Positions 39,721 through 55,449 of a DNA stretch of 64,000 nt are shown here, piece by piece. The notes under the pieces were generated by a model, which was given only the letters and a program-made list of their open reading frames with translations, was not told the DNA's origin and ran no database searches. This DNA comes from Vicugna vicugna. Lineage: Eukaryota. The first letter of the stretch is position 1, and each line of letters opens with the position of its first letter. The stretch is from assembly GCA_013265495.1 (NCBI GenBank), contig MU057701.1, positions 310,001 through 374,000 on the forward strand, read 5' to 3'. A program made the position numbers and the translations under genes.

Positions 39721-40133
39721 TTAGAGAGTAATTTTTCCTTATCTATAATTCTAGTAGACAAGAGACTATTTGTGTAAGAAATAACTACTTCAAATCAACT
39801 TTTACCACAGTAGCATTAATGTTCAGTATGCTACAAAAATATTTAGGGTCAACAAAAATGTTTAACAGGAGAGGATTTTCTGTCTCAATTTTAAGTGACT
39901 ACCATTTAAAACACTCTGAATATTAAAATTAAGCATTTTTTTCAGGAAATTGATAATATCAGTCATAAGCAGTTAGGTTACATGCAAATTTTGTATCTGG
40001 GTACATATCTGTATCTTCTGGAGACAGGATCCATAGGTTTTACATCAGATTCCTTCTCAAAGAGATCTATAATCCATGAATGAGTTAACAATCACATTGT
40101 TGAAGGAACTTTGTATGTTGATACCACCTGTCA

Positions 40134-40382
<249 letters not shown>

Positions 40383-41534
40383 CTAGGTTATTGCAAGAAA
40401 TAGAATAATTGCATTAAGTACATTTTGGAAGGCAAACTGCTATAGTGTTATTAACTAGGAAAGAGCAAACACACAGAGATGTTAATTTTATCAAAGTGAA
40501 TAACTAAGAAGCCAATTCTAACAGTAACAACTGGTAGAATTATTGCTATATCTTAACTGGCAAAAAAAAAAAAGGCTCCTTTAATCTTTAGTGTGTAAGG
40601 GAAAACTGATCATTTTTCAGGTTAGGAAGAAATCAAGGAATTGGTAATTATTCATTTTATAATCTTGAATTACCTTCCCTCAATATGAATGTATATATGT
40701 CACAGATTACCATGAAAACTGTCTTTTACAGTCATAACTGTATAGTTACATAGTTTAATAGACTTGAATAAGAGGACAGGGGAAAAATTAAGAAAGAATT
40801 CAGCCTAAGGAGTCTCAACTTAAAAAAAAAAGATGTTCCAATTTTATATGAATAACCGATCACTTCATGTTCTTTTACTGTAGTCAAAATTCAAACAAGT
40901 CAAACAACTAATTTAATTAATGCTTTTGATAAACTCAATTCTTCCCTTAAACCACAGAACTAGAAAATTTCTTCAGGTGTGTCTAAATATATAATCTCTG
41001 CATATTAACATAAAAGGAACAAACACAATGACATCTGAGCTACTGCCCCTATTATTTTATTATAACTGTTAAGTGCCCACTCTTAGAAAGCTTATATAAT
41101 AAAAGTCTCTTTGACCTAGTAAAATGAAATAGAAATCCTAAGGGACTTACTATTTAAAGCAAATGATGTATGATGTTGCCAGCCTGTCTGGGAAGGAATA
41201 ACTCAGCTAAAATTGAAAGTCTATGGAGAGTGGGCATGAATTACACATTTCTTATTGACAGTTATTCTCATTGGCTGCCATGATTGTGAACAATCATGAC
41301 CAATATGGCTGACAAGTGTTTGCAGCTAGGCATTTTTGCATTCTAGGCGTGTGGGCAGGGGTGTCACAGATCCATGGCGATAATCACCTTTTCCTAAAAC
41401 TACAGTACTTGTCTTATATCAAAGAAATATTTTCTAGGCTGAAATTCCTGAATTTAGAAACATTACTGTATCAGCAAAAATTTTTGATTACCAAAATATT
41501 CAAACATCTTAAAGGAAAAAAAATAAGTTTTACA

Positions 41535-41606
41535 TAAGATGGAAGCCCTCTAAAACTCTATATTCTTAGATAAGATGGAAGCCCTCTAAAACTCTATATT
41601 CTTAGA
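41535..41606. repeat. Perfect 36-bp tandem duplication
   Basis: taagatggaagccctctaaaactctatattcttaga x2. Confidence 0.95.
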
Positions 41607-42059
41607 AAGGATTTAATGTTTATAAGTACCAGTAGGATTTCATAAGGTGTGGAATTTCTCAGATAAATTTAGATCCAAGGGAGCTAGATTAATCCAAGTC
41701 TCTCTGTCTTCTCCAAAGAACTATATTTCTTAGAAAGGGTTAGTGAATTATATAAGAATGAAAAAGCAAAAGATAAAATAAAAACATCACTTTATTAAAG
41801 TCCAGTTTACTAGTCCCTGTTAACTTGTAGCCCAATTTTCCCCAGTAAAAACATTTAAAAACGATACAAATGCTTGTCAGTCAAAGCATCCAATGTACAG
41901 ATTTCTTCATAGCTACTGACAATCTAATAACAAATTGTAAGCAACAATTCACATTTCTTTGGTCCTTTCAGAATTCGAAGGTTAAAGATAAGAGCAGTTT
42001 AAAAGAAGCTTATAGGCATTGAAAAGTTTAAAAAAAAAAAAGAGGTTGGTAGAACACTA

Positions 42060-42341
<282 letters not shown>

Positions 42342-43097
42342 TCAATAGCTGTATGTATTCACCTAGATGAAAATCATTAAAGTCATCCAGTGGCAAACTT
42401 GATTTCCCGGGTTTGCCATAAGATATCTTATAATCAAAGAATCATCAGTGTGGAAGGATAAAGCATACCAAAAACACATAACCATTCTACCATATTCACT
42501 AAAATTAGCTTGAGACATACAAGTGCTCCTTTTATAAACTAGCATAATTTTTAAAATGTCTTCCAAGGAGCTGGAGATGTGTCCCTTAAGAGAGAAAACC
42601 ATGCATACACATAAACACGGAGACACAATACACATTCTTCTAAGACTAGAAAACATTTGTAATTCCTCAAAATAAAGTTTTGACTTGCAATTGTAAAACA
42701 GCCACACACAAAATGGTTAAGCAATTACTGTTTTAAAAACACAATTCTCCAACATTTTAAATCTTTTAAATAAATTTTATCTTGAAATTTGTATGATCCA
42801 ATATTTGTAGGATATAAATATGTTCCAAAAACTTACACTGCATAGAAGACTTAAATGTTGATTCTCAAAAGTTCCATATATGTACCTTGGTACAAAATCA
42901 CCCCTTTTCAGAAGTGACATATCAAAGCATTCACAAGAGCAGACATATTGAATGCAAGAACTAAGTGAGTTCGAAGATGCTCATGTGAGTGTGTGCGTTT
43001 GTGTGTCCACGTCCCCATCCTCTTCTAATGATAAAATCTGGGGTAAATCTCTTTTATCATAAAAGCGTGTTGTCATAGAGCTAATTTTTCCACTTAC

Positions 43098-43149
43098 CGA
43101 CCCCATCATTCTGGAAATGATCATTCTGGGTATGATGGAGGCTCTTCCC
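43098..43149 (-). CDS. HELZ: HELZ small coding exon (GKSLHHTQNDHFQNDGV); not in the ORF track
   Basis: Acceptor ttttgtaaag|GGG, donor TCG|gtaagt. 52 nt, phase 0 to 1, as required to join the neighbours. Confidence 0.9.
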
Positions 43150-43679
43150 CTTTACAAAAGAAAACACACAAATGTGTAATATTTTAAATACATTTAATAT
43201 TAAAGAACAATGACCATTGTCCTATGCAAAATAAGTATACACATAACAACAATTCAAATTTAAATACTGTGAGTTTTTAATTAATAACCATTAGACGGCT
43301 TTGAGTTAACTTTCTCTTTAAACATTAAGTCATGGTGCCAGGCCTCAACTTTTCCCAACTCCAAATTAAGGATATCTAAAATTCTTTTTTTAATGAATTT
43401 TTTTAGAAAAAGAAATATGCATCAATATGACTGAACTTAAACTCTATTCCTTTGAGCTTCTCTATAACTTTTCTATGAATTAAATGATGAAATGTGAAAG
43501 CTATTTTCAAGGGAAAAATATCAGTCTTCAGTCCTTTAGGAAGAGACCTTTAAAATAATAACATGAATGTTAATATGTTTTGGGGTGTATGATATTTTTG
43601 AGTACGATTCATGGCATGTTAAAGTGTAAAACTTACTGAAGGAAAACAAAAATAAACAATGTCACAATTTGCTTAAGAG

Positions 43680-43940
43680 AATGTACAAACTTTCTAGAAA
43701 GCAATTTGGCAATATATGTCAAAAGCATCAAAAATGTATGTATACTTTAACTCAGTAATTGCACTTCCAAGAATCTATCCAAATAAAATAATAACAGATT
43801 TGGGCACAGGTGTTCATTACAGCATTGTTTATACATGTGATAATGTTAACAACCTGAATGTCCATCAACAGAAGATTTATTAAATAAGCAACAGCAGATT
43901 CATACAACAGCATGCTAGTCTACCATTAAAAATGATGACC
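43680..43940 (+). mobile_element. L1ME-like 3' fragment
   Basis: gaaagcaatttggcaatatatgtcaaaag..ctcagtaattgcacttccaagaatctatcc..tgttcattacagcattgttt. Confidence 0.65.
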
Positions 43941-44681
43941 TTTGGGCAGAAACAATATTTGAAGAAACAATGGTTTTGAATTTCTAGAGTTAAAAAATTT
44001 CTTTGTCTTTCCACTGGCTAAATGTAACACATAAAGCCATTAGACAAGTTACCCTTCGACCACATAAATTTGTTATTTGTATATTGCATCTGAAAACTAA
44101 AGTCGGGGGATAATGTCTAAAGCAGGAAGAAAAATTGATTCTTGACCGAAGCAAAAGTACAGTGATGCTTCATTTATCTCCCTAACTGTCAGCAACCTTA
44201 AATATTCAGATCAGCACTAAACATCAAAGGCTTATGGTCAGTTGGTTAGTTAGTTGGTAAGGGCAGCTAAGCTCTAAACTCCTAAAAAGTAAACAAAAAT
44301 AGTCAAAATAAGAATCATAGTTGGTCCATTAACCAGAAATAAATGTTCACAGGGACTGTCACTAGCTATAAAAAACAAACTTCTGAGGAACAGAGAAGTG
44401 AAAAGAAAATTAGGCAGAAGAAAGGAGAAAAAGTGAAAAGGAGAAATGGCAGACAGCAGAGATGACATCAATGGGGGGAAGATCAGAAGCACAAGCAGTT
44501 AGGAGTGACAACAAAATCGGCCAGGGGCACATGCACTGACAGAAGAAAGGAAAGCCAGGAACACAGAAATAAGACAGTTTCAGGAGGCTAAACAAACCAT
44601 TTATATTTCTTAGCCTCTAAGGACTCGTCAACCAGGGGCAACCGTATAGCACATGAAGAAAACATAGTAATTTAGTCAGAG

Positions 44682-45311
44682 TGCGGTAGGCAGAAGAGCC
44701 TCACAAAGATGCGCATGCCCTAATCCCTGGAACCCATGAATATGTCATGTTATGTAGCAAAAGGGCCTCTGAAGATATAAAGACATAATATAGGAAGATT
44801 ATCCCGGATTGTCTGGGTGGATCCAATCTCATCACATGTGCCCTAAAAGTAGAGAAATTTCTCCAGCTGGAATCAGAGAGATGCGGCAGAAAAGGAAGTA
44901 AGAGATGTGGAAGAGGAAGTCAAAAAGATTTCAAGAGAGAGAAGGATTCAATACACCACTGACAGCTCTGAGACATAAGCGCCACATGCAAGAACTGGAG
45001 AGAAGCCTCCAGAAGCTAAGAATGGCTCCTAGCTGACATCTAGGAAGGAAACAGGGCCCTCATTCCTTACAACCACAAGAACTGGATTCTGCCAACAAAT
45101 TGCATGACCTTAGAAGCAGATCGTTCCCAGAGCCTCCAGATAAGAGCCCAGTCGATCAAGATTCTGACCCCGGCCTTGTGAGACGTGGAGCCAAGAAACC
45201 AACCAAAACAACCTGGACATCTGACCCCAAAAAATATGTGAAATAATAAATGTTATTTCAAGTCACCAAGTTTGTGCTAATTTATTATAGCAGTAATAGG
45301 AAACCAACACA
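44682..45311 (+). mobile_element. MaLR solo LTR (MLT1D/E-like)
   Basis: tgcggtaggcagaa..ccctaatccctggaacc..gaactggattctgccaacaa..tttattatagcagtaataggaaaccaacaca. Confidence 0.85.
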
Positions 45312-47819
45312 AAAAGTAACCATAGTCTAGGATAATCCCATACTGTAAAGCTGGAAGCATGTCAGACAATGCACATCAGCACTCTGGGTGTGTGTAACAA
45401 ACCAAGAGAAAAAGCAACTTGAAAAGTTAACACCTGCACCACAGTGTTGTTGTGATGACTCTGTTGACAGAGATGATGTATAGAGAGTATAAAAGGACCT
45501 AAATACCCAGGACTTTATCTGTTTAGGTCATTAATGAGTCCCTGAACACTGCCTGGCTCAATAAATATGGTTGAATGAATGAAAAAAAAAAGGAACTTGG
45601 GGTCTATCACGGAACGAGATAGTGGCTTATCTGCAGGCATACTTCAGCACTCTGTACAGCTCAATAGAGGAAAAGCTCCTCTAGCACATTTAGACCTAGC
45701 ATGAAACTGCAGGGCAGGAAGTGTTCTTGGTCTACACAAAATACACAATGTTTGGTAGCACACGAACAAAATAATAAAGCAGCAGTAAGCTAGAGCTACG
45801 TATGTGTAAAAGTCATTCCGTAATGATAAATTCCAAACTTTTGCTAATAAATCTCAGAAAATATGTGAATTTGGCAGAATGCTTAAGCAAATGTAGTTCA
45901 TATCATCTATTTCTTGAGGACTATTTTTTCACTGAACCATTTATTCATTCAAATATCTATTTTTTCATTCACTCACCCTTTCATCATTTTCCATTTATTC
46001 ATCCAACAAATGTTTATGAGGGCCCACGACATGTCCACCTCTGGCTGGGCACTGAGGCTACTAAATTACACAACACTGACACACTTCCTGATGTCTGGAC
46101 AGTGAGACAACATAAGCAGCTAGACCCAGTGAAAAACAGCTCACAAACTAAAACCTACACAATTATGCTATGGTCTTTTCAGAGGATCCATTTCTGAATA
46201 TTATCCACCCTCTGAATAGTGTTTTGGTGTGTACAAATGAATGCGTTCAATTTTAGCAAATCTTCTAACACTGCTCCCAGCATGTGCCCTAGGAGTAAGC
46301 AGAATGAAGATGGGCAAGTTGTTTTTCTATGTGCTAATTCTGCAGGCGCCCAAGAAACAGGTGTTTTCCTATAAACGATGGCTGGAGAGAGTGAGGCAAT
46401 GAAGGGTTAAGTGAGCACTGCCTGCTCCTGGATCCCCTAACATTTTGTACCTTCACTAAATTTTACCACAGAACTGACATCTTCGTGAGGAGAATATGGC
46501 TATTCGATTGATGAATGTTAGGGGTATGTTTTGTTGCCAAACACAGTCCTGAGGAAGCAGGTCCTGGAGCACATTTAACCATCGTCCAGCCTCTTGATGA
46601 TCCTATCTACACGAAATCTCACTGGGATTTTGTCTTAGTCTAACATTAACACTACAAATTTTCAATATTTCTTGTACACAGAATTACGTTAAATGTTAAA
46701 CATTAAGGAAATTTGGGGGAGAATACATGGCTTAGCATCATGTTTTCAGAAATAGCATTCTTTTCTCTCAATGAAATAAATTCTACTTCATGAAAAGACT
46801 CTAGCATATGAAATAAAATATCTGAGATTTGCTGCAAAATTCTCTAGTGTGAATATGTGGTGGTGGTTGTGGTGGAGTGAAGAGGTAGGCTGTCGATGAA
46901 AGAAGATGAAGAATAAATTGCTACTTAATGAAGCTGGATGATAGGGAATTCATTAGACTATTCTATTTATGTCTGTATTTGAAATTTTCTACCACAGAAA
47001 GTTAGATAAGAAAAGACCCCAGTACAAACTCAATTCACAAAACAATTTAATGGAAGTAAAATACAGTACTAGGGAGAGAAGGGAAAGACAATGACAAAAA
47101 TAACCACTGGCTAACTATAACTTAGTTATTTAAAATAATTATTATGATTCATGATATAAATAATAACTTTAAATAACTGGGTCTATGAACAGTTTAGTGA
47201 ACCACCGGGTTAGTGACTGTGAAAATGCACATCCACTGGATCAGGGAAGAAAATACTCTAAAAAGTTAAAAAGGAAACTATGCAAAGATGGATACTGTGG
47301 CACAATCTTCTTATTGAATGAAAAAAGCCACACTACACTCTACTGGATGCATCATAATCATTATTTACTTATCAGATACTTTCTGAACACCCCACTATGT
47401 GCAAAGAATGAGGCTAGGACACAGAGGCCATAAAAACTATACAGAATAGGATTTTTGTCTTCAGGGAGCTATGGTTTTGGGAAAAAAACATGGATTAAAC
47501 ATATATTTTCTTCACCTTAAAAACAAATAGCAAACTGCAGGATCCTGCTTAGGGTCAGTACACTTTGGTATCATGGCCTGAATCTAGCTGCATCTATGGT
47601 GTATTAATTGATGCTAAACATTGCTCAGTTAAGTAAAAAGAGTTTATTTTAGTTACTCTGTTGTATTTAAGAATGAACAAAAGGTATAATGACTATGCAA
47701 CATTTTAAATAAAAAACAATAAAATGTAGAAGTTCCTACCTGGGTTCCCCACTCTTGACCTTCCCTGTAGAGCCTGCCCTCTCACACCTCTTGTGTTTTG
47801 TATGAGTTCTTTATTAAGC

Positions 47820-47950
47820 CTCACTGATTCACCTAAAACAATACTTCTAAGTGCCTATGATGAGCCAGATTTATTCTAGGCACAGAGGCTAGTGCAGTAA
47901 ATAAAACAATCAAAAACTTCTGCTCTAAGGGAGCTTATATTCCAGTTTGT
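47820..47950 (-). mobile_element. L2 3' end fragment
   Basis: aagtgcctatgatgagccag..ctaggcacagagg..ctgctctaagggagcttatattccagt. Confidence 0.65.
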
Positions 47951-49212
47951 GACATGTCTCCCCACTCTCCCACTAACTCTGCCCACTCGGTGGGCTCCTA
48001 AACAAGATCTCCATGGTGGAAATTGCCTGGAATCTACCTACTTCCTCTGACCATTCATCCGCCAACATCTGCCACCAGAGGACTCGGGGCTAATGTGCTT
48101 ACCTATGCTTCTCTAGCACCTACCGTAACAGCTGGCACACAGAAGAAACTTAACTGCTTGATAAATAAGTTGATTATTAATTTATTAATAGTTTAAGTTT
48201 TAGGAATATAGGAGATTCATTTATGCAAAATGCTTAATCTCCTAGTAATCTCAAATCACTAAAGTATTATTGCATATCAGGTCCATTTTTATTAAACTAA
48301 GACAACAAACAACATATTAACAAAGAAAACAGTTCTCATCTCAATTTATACCTATTTAGCTAAAAGATTTTCAAGATATTAAACCATTAATTATTGCTTA
48401 CACATTAAGTTTTACATTTTTTAAATGAAGCCCAAAACTGGCACACTCTCTTAATTCATGTCAGTAAGTTTAATATCACGCTGATGACTATAAATACATC
48501 TAAAAACCAGAACAAATACTAAACATGCCACTCTCATAATTTTCTTTTCTAGATGGTAAGAGCAAGCACTTTTTTTTTCAGGCAATCTAGCAAATAAACC
48601 AGATGTCTCTGCCCAAAATAAGTACAGTTCAAAAGTAGAAACGGCCCCGATTCCCCCACATCCAGTCCCAATGACTGGACTACTTCATATACAACAAAAT
48701 CGGTCAAAATCAATTAAAACAATCAAGAAGTCAGCCAAATTTTCTCACTATGTCAAGTATCACTTGAAATAAACTGGTCATCAACAAAAGATTAGAACTA
48801 TTTTCTTTATACAAATATTATTATTATAATATTATTCCTTGTAAAAAAAAATACATTATAAGAACACGCTTTTAATACATGTGAAAGTCTTTTAAACTGC
48901 TTTGCTTTACTTCACATCTTGCTAAAATAAGTCTATCAGTGAAGAGGACTAGGAGGTTACATAATACAAAGGCACCAGACCTAATCAGGTACTTGAAAAC
49001 TTTCTGAGGGTGATTCTGGCACGAAGCATGGCTAAATATCACACTGTATTTTCACTTACATGTCCAAACTGGACAAGTTCCTTGCAGAAACTGCTTGCCT
49101 CCAAATGTAACCCTCCATTCCAATACTTAAAGTAACTTGAGCCCAGTAAACCTTTGATATCCCTGCGCTGTTCTCTCCCTTTAACCTCTTCAATTTCACT
49201 AACAGGCTTTAC

Positions 49213-49417
49213 CTTGGGGGGTGATTGCTGCAATTTGTTGGCATTTCCTGCATGCTGCAGTCGTAGAGCCCGGGGGATAAATTCAGGTGCCAGTGGATTC
49301 AACACATATGTCTTCTTTAGTTCTAAAGCCTCTAGCTGAGCTTTGATCTGTTCAAAAGTGATTCCATGTAGGCTATTATTTTCATGACACAGGGCAATAA
49401 ACCGCTCCCAAAATTTC
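49213..49417 (-). CDS. HELZ: HELZ coding exon ([13 protein letters not shown]...QSPPK), contains PAM2
   Basis: Acceptor ttttctgtag|G, donor AAG|gtaaag. 205 nt, phase 2 to 0. Confidence 0.95.
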
Positions 49418-51469
49418 CTACAGAAAAGATTCAGAAGATCAGTTTACAATTTCAGTGGACAAGATCACAGAAATAAATATTAACAACTAAAGATAATTTA
49501 GAGTTTCTTCCCCCACCCCAAATTCTTAGGCCCAATATTCATCTATGATTCAGGTATAATCTTCCCACTAGGTCACAAGATTTTTGGAAATTTGGTTCTG
49601 AAACTATAGTCATGGCTAATATTGTGGGACATACAAACTACGCTCTCAGTTAATTCTGACTGATCAATGGAAGTAACACGGTCGGTGTTCAACTATTCAC
49701 ACGAATCTAGAATGATGGTTTTTGTTACCCACACGATAAGGATTTCAAAACTGATAACTCATTTTATAGAAGATTTGTACTTCTAGGCATACTCATATAC
49801 ACACTTGTATGTATACATATATACATATATACACACACACATACACACACGTACATAAATTAAACTAATTCGAATTATGGGGCCAAAGCAGCCTGGTGCT
49901 AGATGACCAAGAGGAGCCAACTCAGGACATAAATATGAGCCACAAAGTAGACAATTCTTGTGAGGATTCTTAAGAAATAACTAGCTACTCCTATATTTTT
50001 ATTTTCATTAACTGATGCTTATCATAAGCACAGCTTATAACTTTAATTGACTAAGTTAAATGAGTTAAATTATGAAAAATACAGGAAATTGGAATGCTCA
50101 TTTTAATGATAATTATTCATCTCCTAATCAAATTAATAAATATTAAAGAAGAAAAATACATTCAAAATTGTTCCAATTATATACTGTTGTCCCTAAGAGT
50201 TTTGAAAACTGATCTCCAAATATTAAAAATATTAAATACGTATTACAGAGGACAACATATACAAAGCTTCAAGATTTTAAGTGACTACTATAAATATGCA
50301 TACCTATCTTTAATATGAGGTTCAAATAATGTTTTATTATGCTATAAAAGATATGTGATATGGTTTCTTCCCAAGTTGGTATCCTTGTGTCCAGGTGGAC
50401 AGCAGGTAATCAAGATGGCTTCAAGAAGCATAAATGAAAAGGTTTATATTGTAAAAGTTAGTATATGAATGGGCATTGAGTTATTAATATATTCATAAAA
50501 CTTTGCAGAGTTGAATTTCAAACTATGTTTCTCGTACACATGCTTTCTACCATCTTTTCTAATTTTTTAAAGATGACTTTAAGAAATGGGTCCAGGAAAA
50601 ATTTCAGGCCTCTATGTCAATAACAGGAAAATAAAAATGCTATAAAATATTATCTATGTATTTCTGACAATAAGACATCAAGGCTAACAAGATAGTCATT
50701 CAGTTGCAGGAAGTGTGTGTTGCTAAGAAATTCACACTAAAAGCTGCTCTTCATTTTTATACTTAAGAACCTTCCTTAGGAGTCAAGTTTTTTTCCTCAT
50801 AGTCTGATAGCTAAAGAAAGACTATCTTCAATATAGTACTCAGGACCTAAAATCCATAAACTTTCCCACACTTTTGATTTTAAAAACCCCATAATATTCA
50901 ACTGTATGAATATTTATCAACACAATTCGACTATAGGTTGTATTCAAAAGGAAGATTTTTTGGGGTCTAACTGATAAAGTATCAATTTCATGGAGTGGCA
51001 TTTCATATTCGTGTTGAACTTTAAGACACAGCAAGGAAAGATTGGGTGGGCTTTACTCTAGCTCAGTTGTAGTATCAATTTCTTGTATTTTCATTTCCAG
51101 CTTACTAGCCAAAAATGCTAGAATTTGCTTTATCTTCAGGCTCTTTTTTGAACTTCATACCCTGTCCCTGTACTGCTCTCACTGACCTCAACTGCATAGA
51201 ACACGATGTGTATCTGCGCACACACATATCTAACATCGAGCTAAGCATAAACTTTATAAACAACCCCACATGTCACAAGAAGCTGGTAACTTGGTGACAG
51301 TTTCTGTCTACAAGATCCTAGGGACCAAGGAAATAGCCTTTGAATTAAAGAACACCACCTGAGAAGTAACACTAAACACTTACTGTTAAGTCAATCAAGT
51401 TAAACTAATTCCAAAAGTAACCTGGAATCTCCACTTCAAAGCTCACTTGTCTTTTGATTCCCCACTGAA

Positions 51470-51620
51470 CAGCAAAGCAGTCGAGCGCAGGGATACCAGA
51501 ACTAGGCTGCCTGGGTTTCTGTCGCAGCTCTGTCGTTCAGGAGCTGTGTAACTCTGGGCAAGCTACTTAACCTCTCTTCAAACCTCAGTTTCCTCATGGG
51601 TAAAACAGGGCATCAACAGA
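51470..51620 (+). mobile_element. MIR SINE fragment
   Basis: gctgtgtaactctgggcaagctacttaacctctc..cctcagtttcctcatgggtaaaacaggg. Confidence 0.75.
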
Positions 51621-52274
51621 ATTATTATACTTCATCACTAAAAAGACTTATTTCTCACTTTCAAACTTTCAGAGAAATGTATTCTTTCCTTCAAAAATTC
51701 TTAAAGCTAAAAAGATTTCCGTTTTCTTTCTCCGTGAAGGCTCTTTCAAAGACTATTTCACACTGTCCTTGAACTCAATTCTTTAATGAAATACTACACA
51801 TAGCATTATGAGGCATTTCAGAACACATAACTGGAACATCACCTGAGAATTTCAACTACACTCTGAAGAATTCACCACTATAGTTATTTAAAGGCTTCAC
51901 CAATTTTCAGCCCTTCCCTAAAATGTTAATGTTATGTTAACATTTTTTTTCTAGTAACGTTGGTTAAAGGACAATCAAAGTTTGGCTTTGTTTTAATGCT
52001 AACCTTATTTCTAGGATCACTGATAAAACATTGAAAAATCATTTGGTGTTCTTAGGTCATAGAGAGAGAAGGAGTGTGTGCACATACACACACGTCTCTA
52101 CACATGTGAAATATGTTTATATCTCACTGAGTAAATGGAATCTGCTACTGAAGAAATTCAGTTCAAAATACCCTGATTTAGAGAAAGGCGTGACCACACC
52201 CTTCTGCCTCTGCTCCTTCAGGGCAGACTGATCCATGCATATGCATTATTTCCTGGGAAAGGCAGGGTAACCCA

Positions 52275-52505
52275 GTGAGGACAGCTTGGGTTTTGAAGTC
52301 AATCTCACATCTGCTGGAGTGAGCCACTTAATAGCTCTGCGGTCTTGGGCAGTAATTTAAACTCTCTGAATCAGGCTGCCCATTCAAAATGCAAATAAAA
52401 TACCCATATTGCAGGGTTGTTAAAGTGACTGAACGAGGCAGTGTGCAAAGCACTTAACACACTTGGCACCTGGCACAGAGAAAGCTGTTGATAAACAGCA
52501 GCTAC
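52275..52505 (+). mobile_element. MIR SINE
   Basis: ccacttaatagctctgcggtcttgggcagtaatttaaactctctga..gcagggttgtt..aaagcacttaacac..cctggcacagag. Confidence 0.7.
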
Positions 52506-54559
52506 TAAATTAACGTTTGTTGGTTTGGCAAGTGGTGGGAGGGGAAGTTCCCCACATTCGTTTAGGGCTCATAGAAAAATTGTTTAAAAATACTTAAGTG
52601 CAAAAAAGATTATATAACTGGTTGCCTTCTAAACTGGTATAGTATACAAAGTAGTTATTCCTTGAAAAGTTAATCAATATTTGGAAATAATCATATTCAT
52701 TTTTTATCAATATCAAATGAGGGCAGAGGGAGGGATTAACTTACACTACAAAGAATTCACTCCTTCATTATTATTGCACCTAAGAATCACATTATGTCCT
52801 TCAGGTTTACTTGTATTATGAGATTAATTTATAATGAAATTTTTGAAAGACTAAAGCATAAATAGCCATACCAGCTCTTGGGTTAGAACCATGATTAAAC
52901 TGTCCAAATCACATAGATAATCGGCATTCTCATTTAGCTACGGGTCACAGGATTTTCTCTCCCTACACAATGTATTTACCTCTCTGAAAATATTTTACTT
53001 AGCTCATAAATTAATTTGCAGTCCTTGACACACTCCAGCTGAGCAGTAAGAAATGAGCAACCAGCAGACCTGGCTTCCAGTTAAAAATTAGCCCTGGATA
53101 ATTCTGACAGCATGGCCTCAGGAAAGAGCATTCACCTATTTGCTCTGAGAAAATAACAACTTATGTCACAGAAGGGGTAAAAGTGCTGACCTCATGCAAT
53201 TCACAGTATAATATGACTCTATAGAAAGTGATAACGGTTTAAAAAAAAATTCATGTTGGTAAATGTTCGGAGTTGTTTATAAGGAGAGTCCAAAAGTAAT
53301 GTGGCTCAAGACTACTGTTATACCTATTTATTCCTCCAATGGTTTCTAGTTGCTTTTAATACATGTCAACCTAGTTTATGTATGTGTTTTAATCTATTAT
53401 ATTCTAATCAAACTGTATGTGCTCTCACATTTATCAAATGATAAACAGAAACAAAAATGGTAAAATATCACAGCAATATTCTAACAAAGTATGTTTTCAA
53501 TGAATAGTAAAGTAACCAAAAGTAAAATTCTCAGGGGGGAGCCAAATTAATATACTGAGCTTTATTCATTTGCAATGTGGAATTACTATATTCCCTTCTC
53601 CAACTTTTTGTCATTAGTGGTTAAAAATTAATGGAAGTCTGTTCTTTTAAATATGAAAGTAAGGATATTTTACAACAGAATTGTTTAGCCATATATAAAC
53701 AAATCATGGACCATTCAAGTTTTACCATCTTAAAAAAAAGGCTATTTTTCATAATGCAACCATAAATTAGACTCCATTTGATTCCTTTGTTAATGGCTTT
53801 CCCCTATAAAAGGATATTAACTTATTTTGGAGTCTTAAAGTCTAATAAATGCAGCTTATTCTTAAAGGTCCCAAAAAATCTCCCTTCCCATAGAAAACCT
53901 TTTTCCTGCTGAAACATAAAATAAAATGCTGCTGTATCTATACTAGCACAGAAAATTTGGTTTAAAAAGGCCACTTCTAATAGCTTTGTCTACTTTAATC
54001 CTAACACATCAAAAAGAAGTAATTACCTAAGGCATATTTGAGGCCATCTATATCTTCTACTTTTCTGAACTCACTTTGACAGGTACTAGAACCTTTATAA
54101 AATTTTAAATAATCTCTAGTGTATTTCTTCCTTTTTCATAAAGAACATAAATTTCTGGGGTTTTTTGTTGTTGTTAGTTTAGTGCTAACACAGTTTTTTA
54201 ATACTGCAAAAACCAAGTCTTATATTACTGGCTTCATATAGTTAAAATTCCTATTAACTAGTATAAATTGTAAGTGTACAAGGAGAAATTTTTTATACTG
54301 ATATTTTAACATTCTTTATGACTACAATCTAAGGAATACTAACAATATTTTCCAAAGAAAAGTAACAATCCATTTCAACCCCCTTAATTTAAAAATCCTC
54401 TGGATTAACGAGACACAAAGAATTGTTTGCACTGAGAAGCCTTGAGAGAAAATGAGAAGGAAATTCATCAAAAACAAGCTAAAACAATAATGATGGGTAA
54501 AAAGGAGGGAAGTTGGATATAAAATTGAGTCTCCATCAGATACGCACATACACAAAACC

Positions 54560-54950
54560 ACCTCCGGACCCTTGCACTAGCTGTTCCCTCTTTCTGGAGC
54601 ACTTTTGCCCCAGACGCTCATAGCTCGCTCCCTCATCTCCAAAGTCGGCTTCCCAGTGAGGCCTACCCTGACCACACCATGTGCTGTCACAGCCTGGCCC
54701 ACCCCACCCCCATCACTCCTAATCCCCCTTAATGTCCTATTTCTTTTCCATTGAACTTACCAAGTAAAATACTACAGAGTGTTTTTATTTTGTTTGTTGT
54801 CAGTCTTCCTCTCCTCTCCAATAAAAGTATTAAGCCCCACAAAGGCAGAGGTTTTTGTCTCTTTTGTTCACTGATGTAACCTCAGTGGCTAGGAGAGGGC
54901 TTAGGACATAGCAGGCACTCAGGAAATACGTGCTGAATGATGACTGACTG
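54560..54950 (+). mobile_element. L2a 3' end
   Basis: ccttgcactagctgttccctct..cagtgaggcctaccctgaccac..acatagcaggcactcaggaaatacgtgctgaatga. Confidence 0.8.
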
Positions 54951-55138
54951 GGTGAATACACGATTATATATATGATAAACAGACGCAAAGCAATATACTG
55001 TTGTGGCTCCCACTGGATATGAGTTAAGATTAAACTCGATTTTACTTAGCCAAGAGGTCATATAGATAAACGTGTGCACAGGGATACAAATTACTCTCCT
55101 TTCCCGCCTTTAATGTCTCAAACTCTGACACACAATTA

Positions 55139-55432
<294 letters not shown>

Positions 55433-55449
55433 TCATTTTTTAAAATGTT

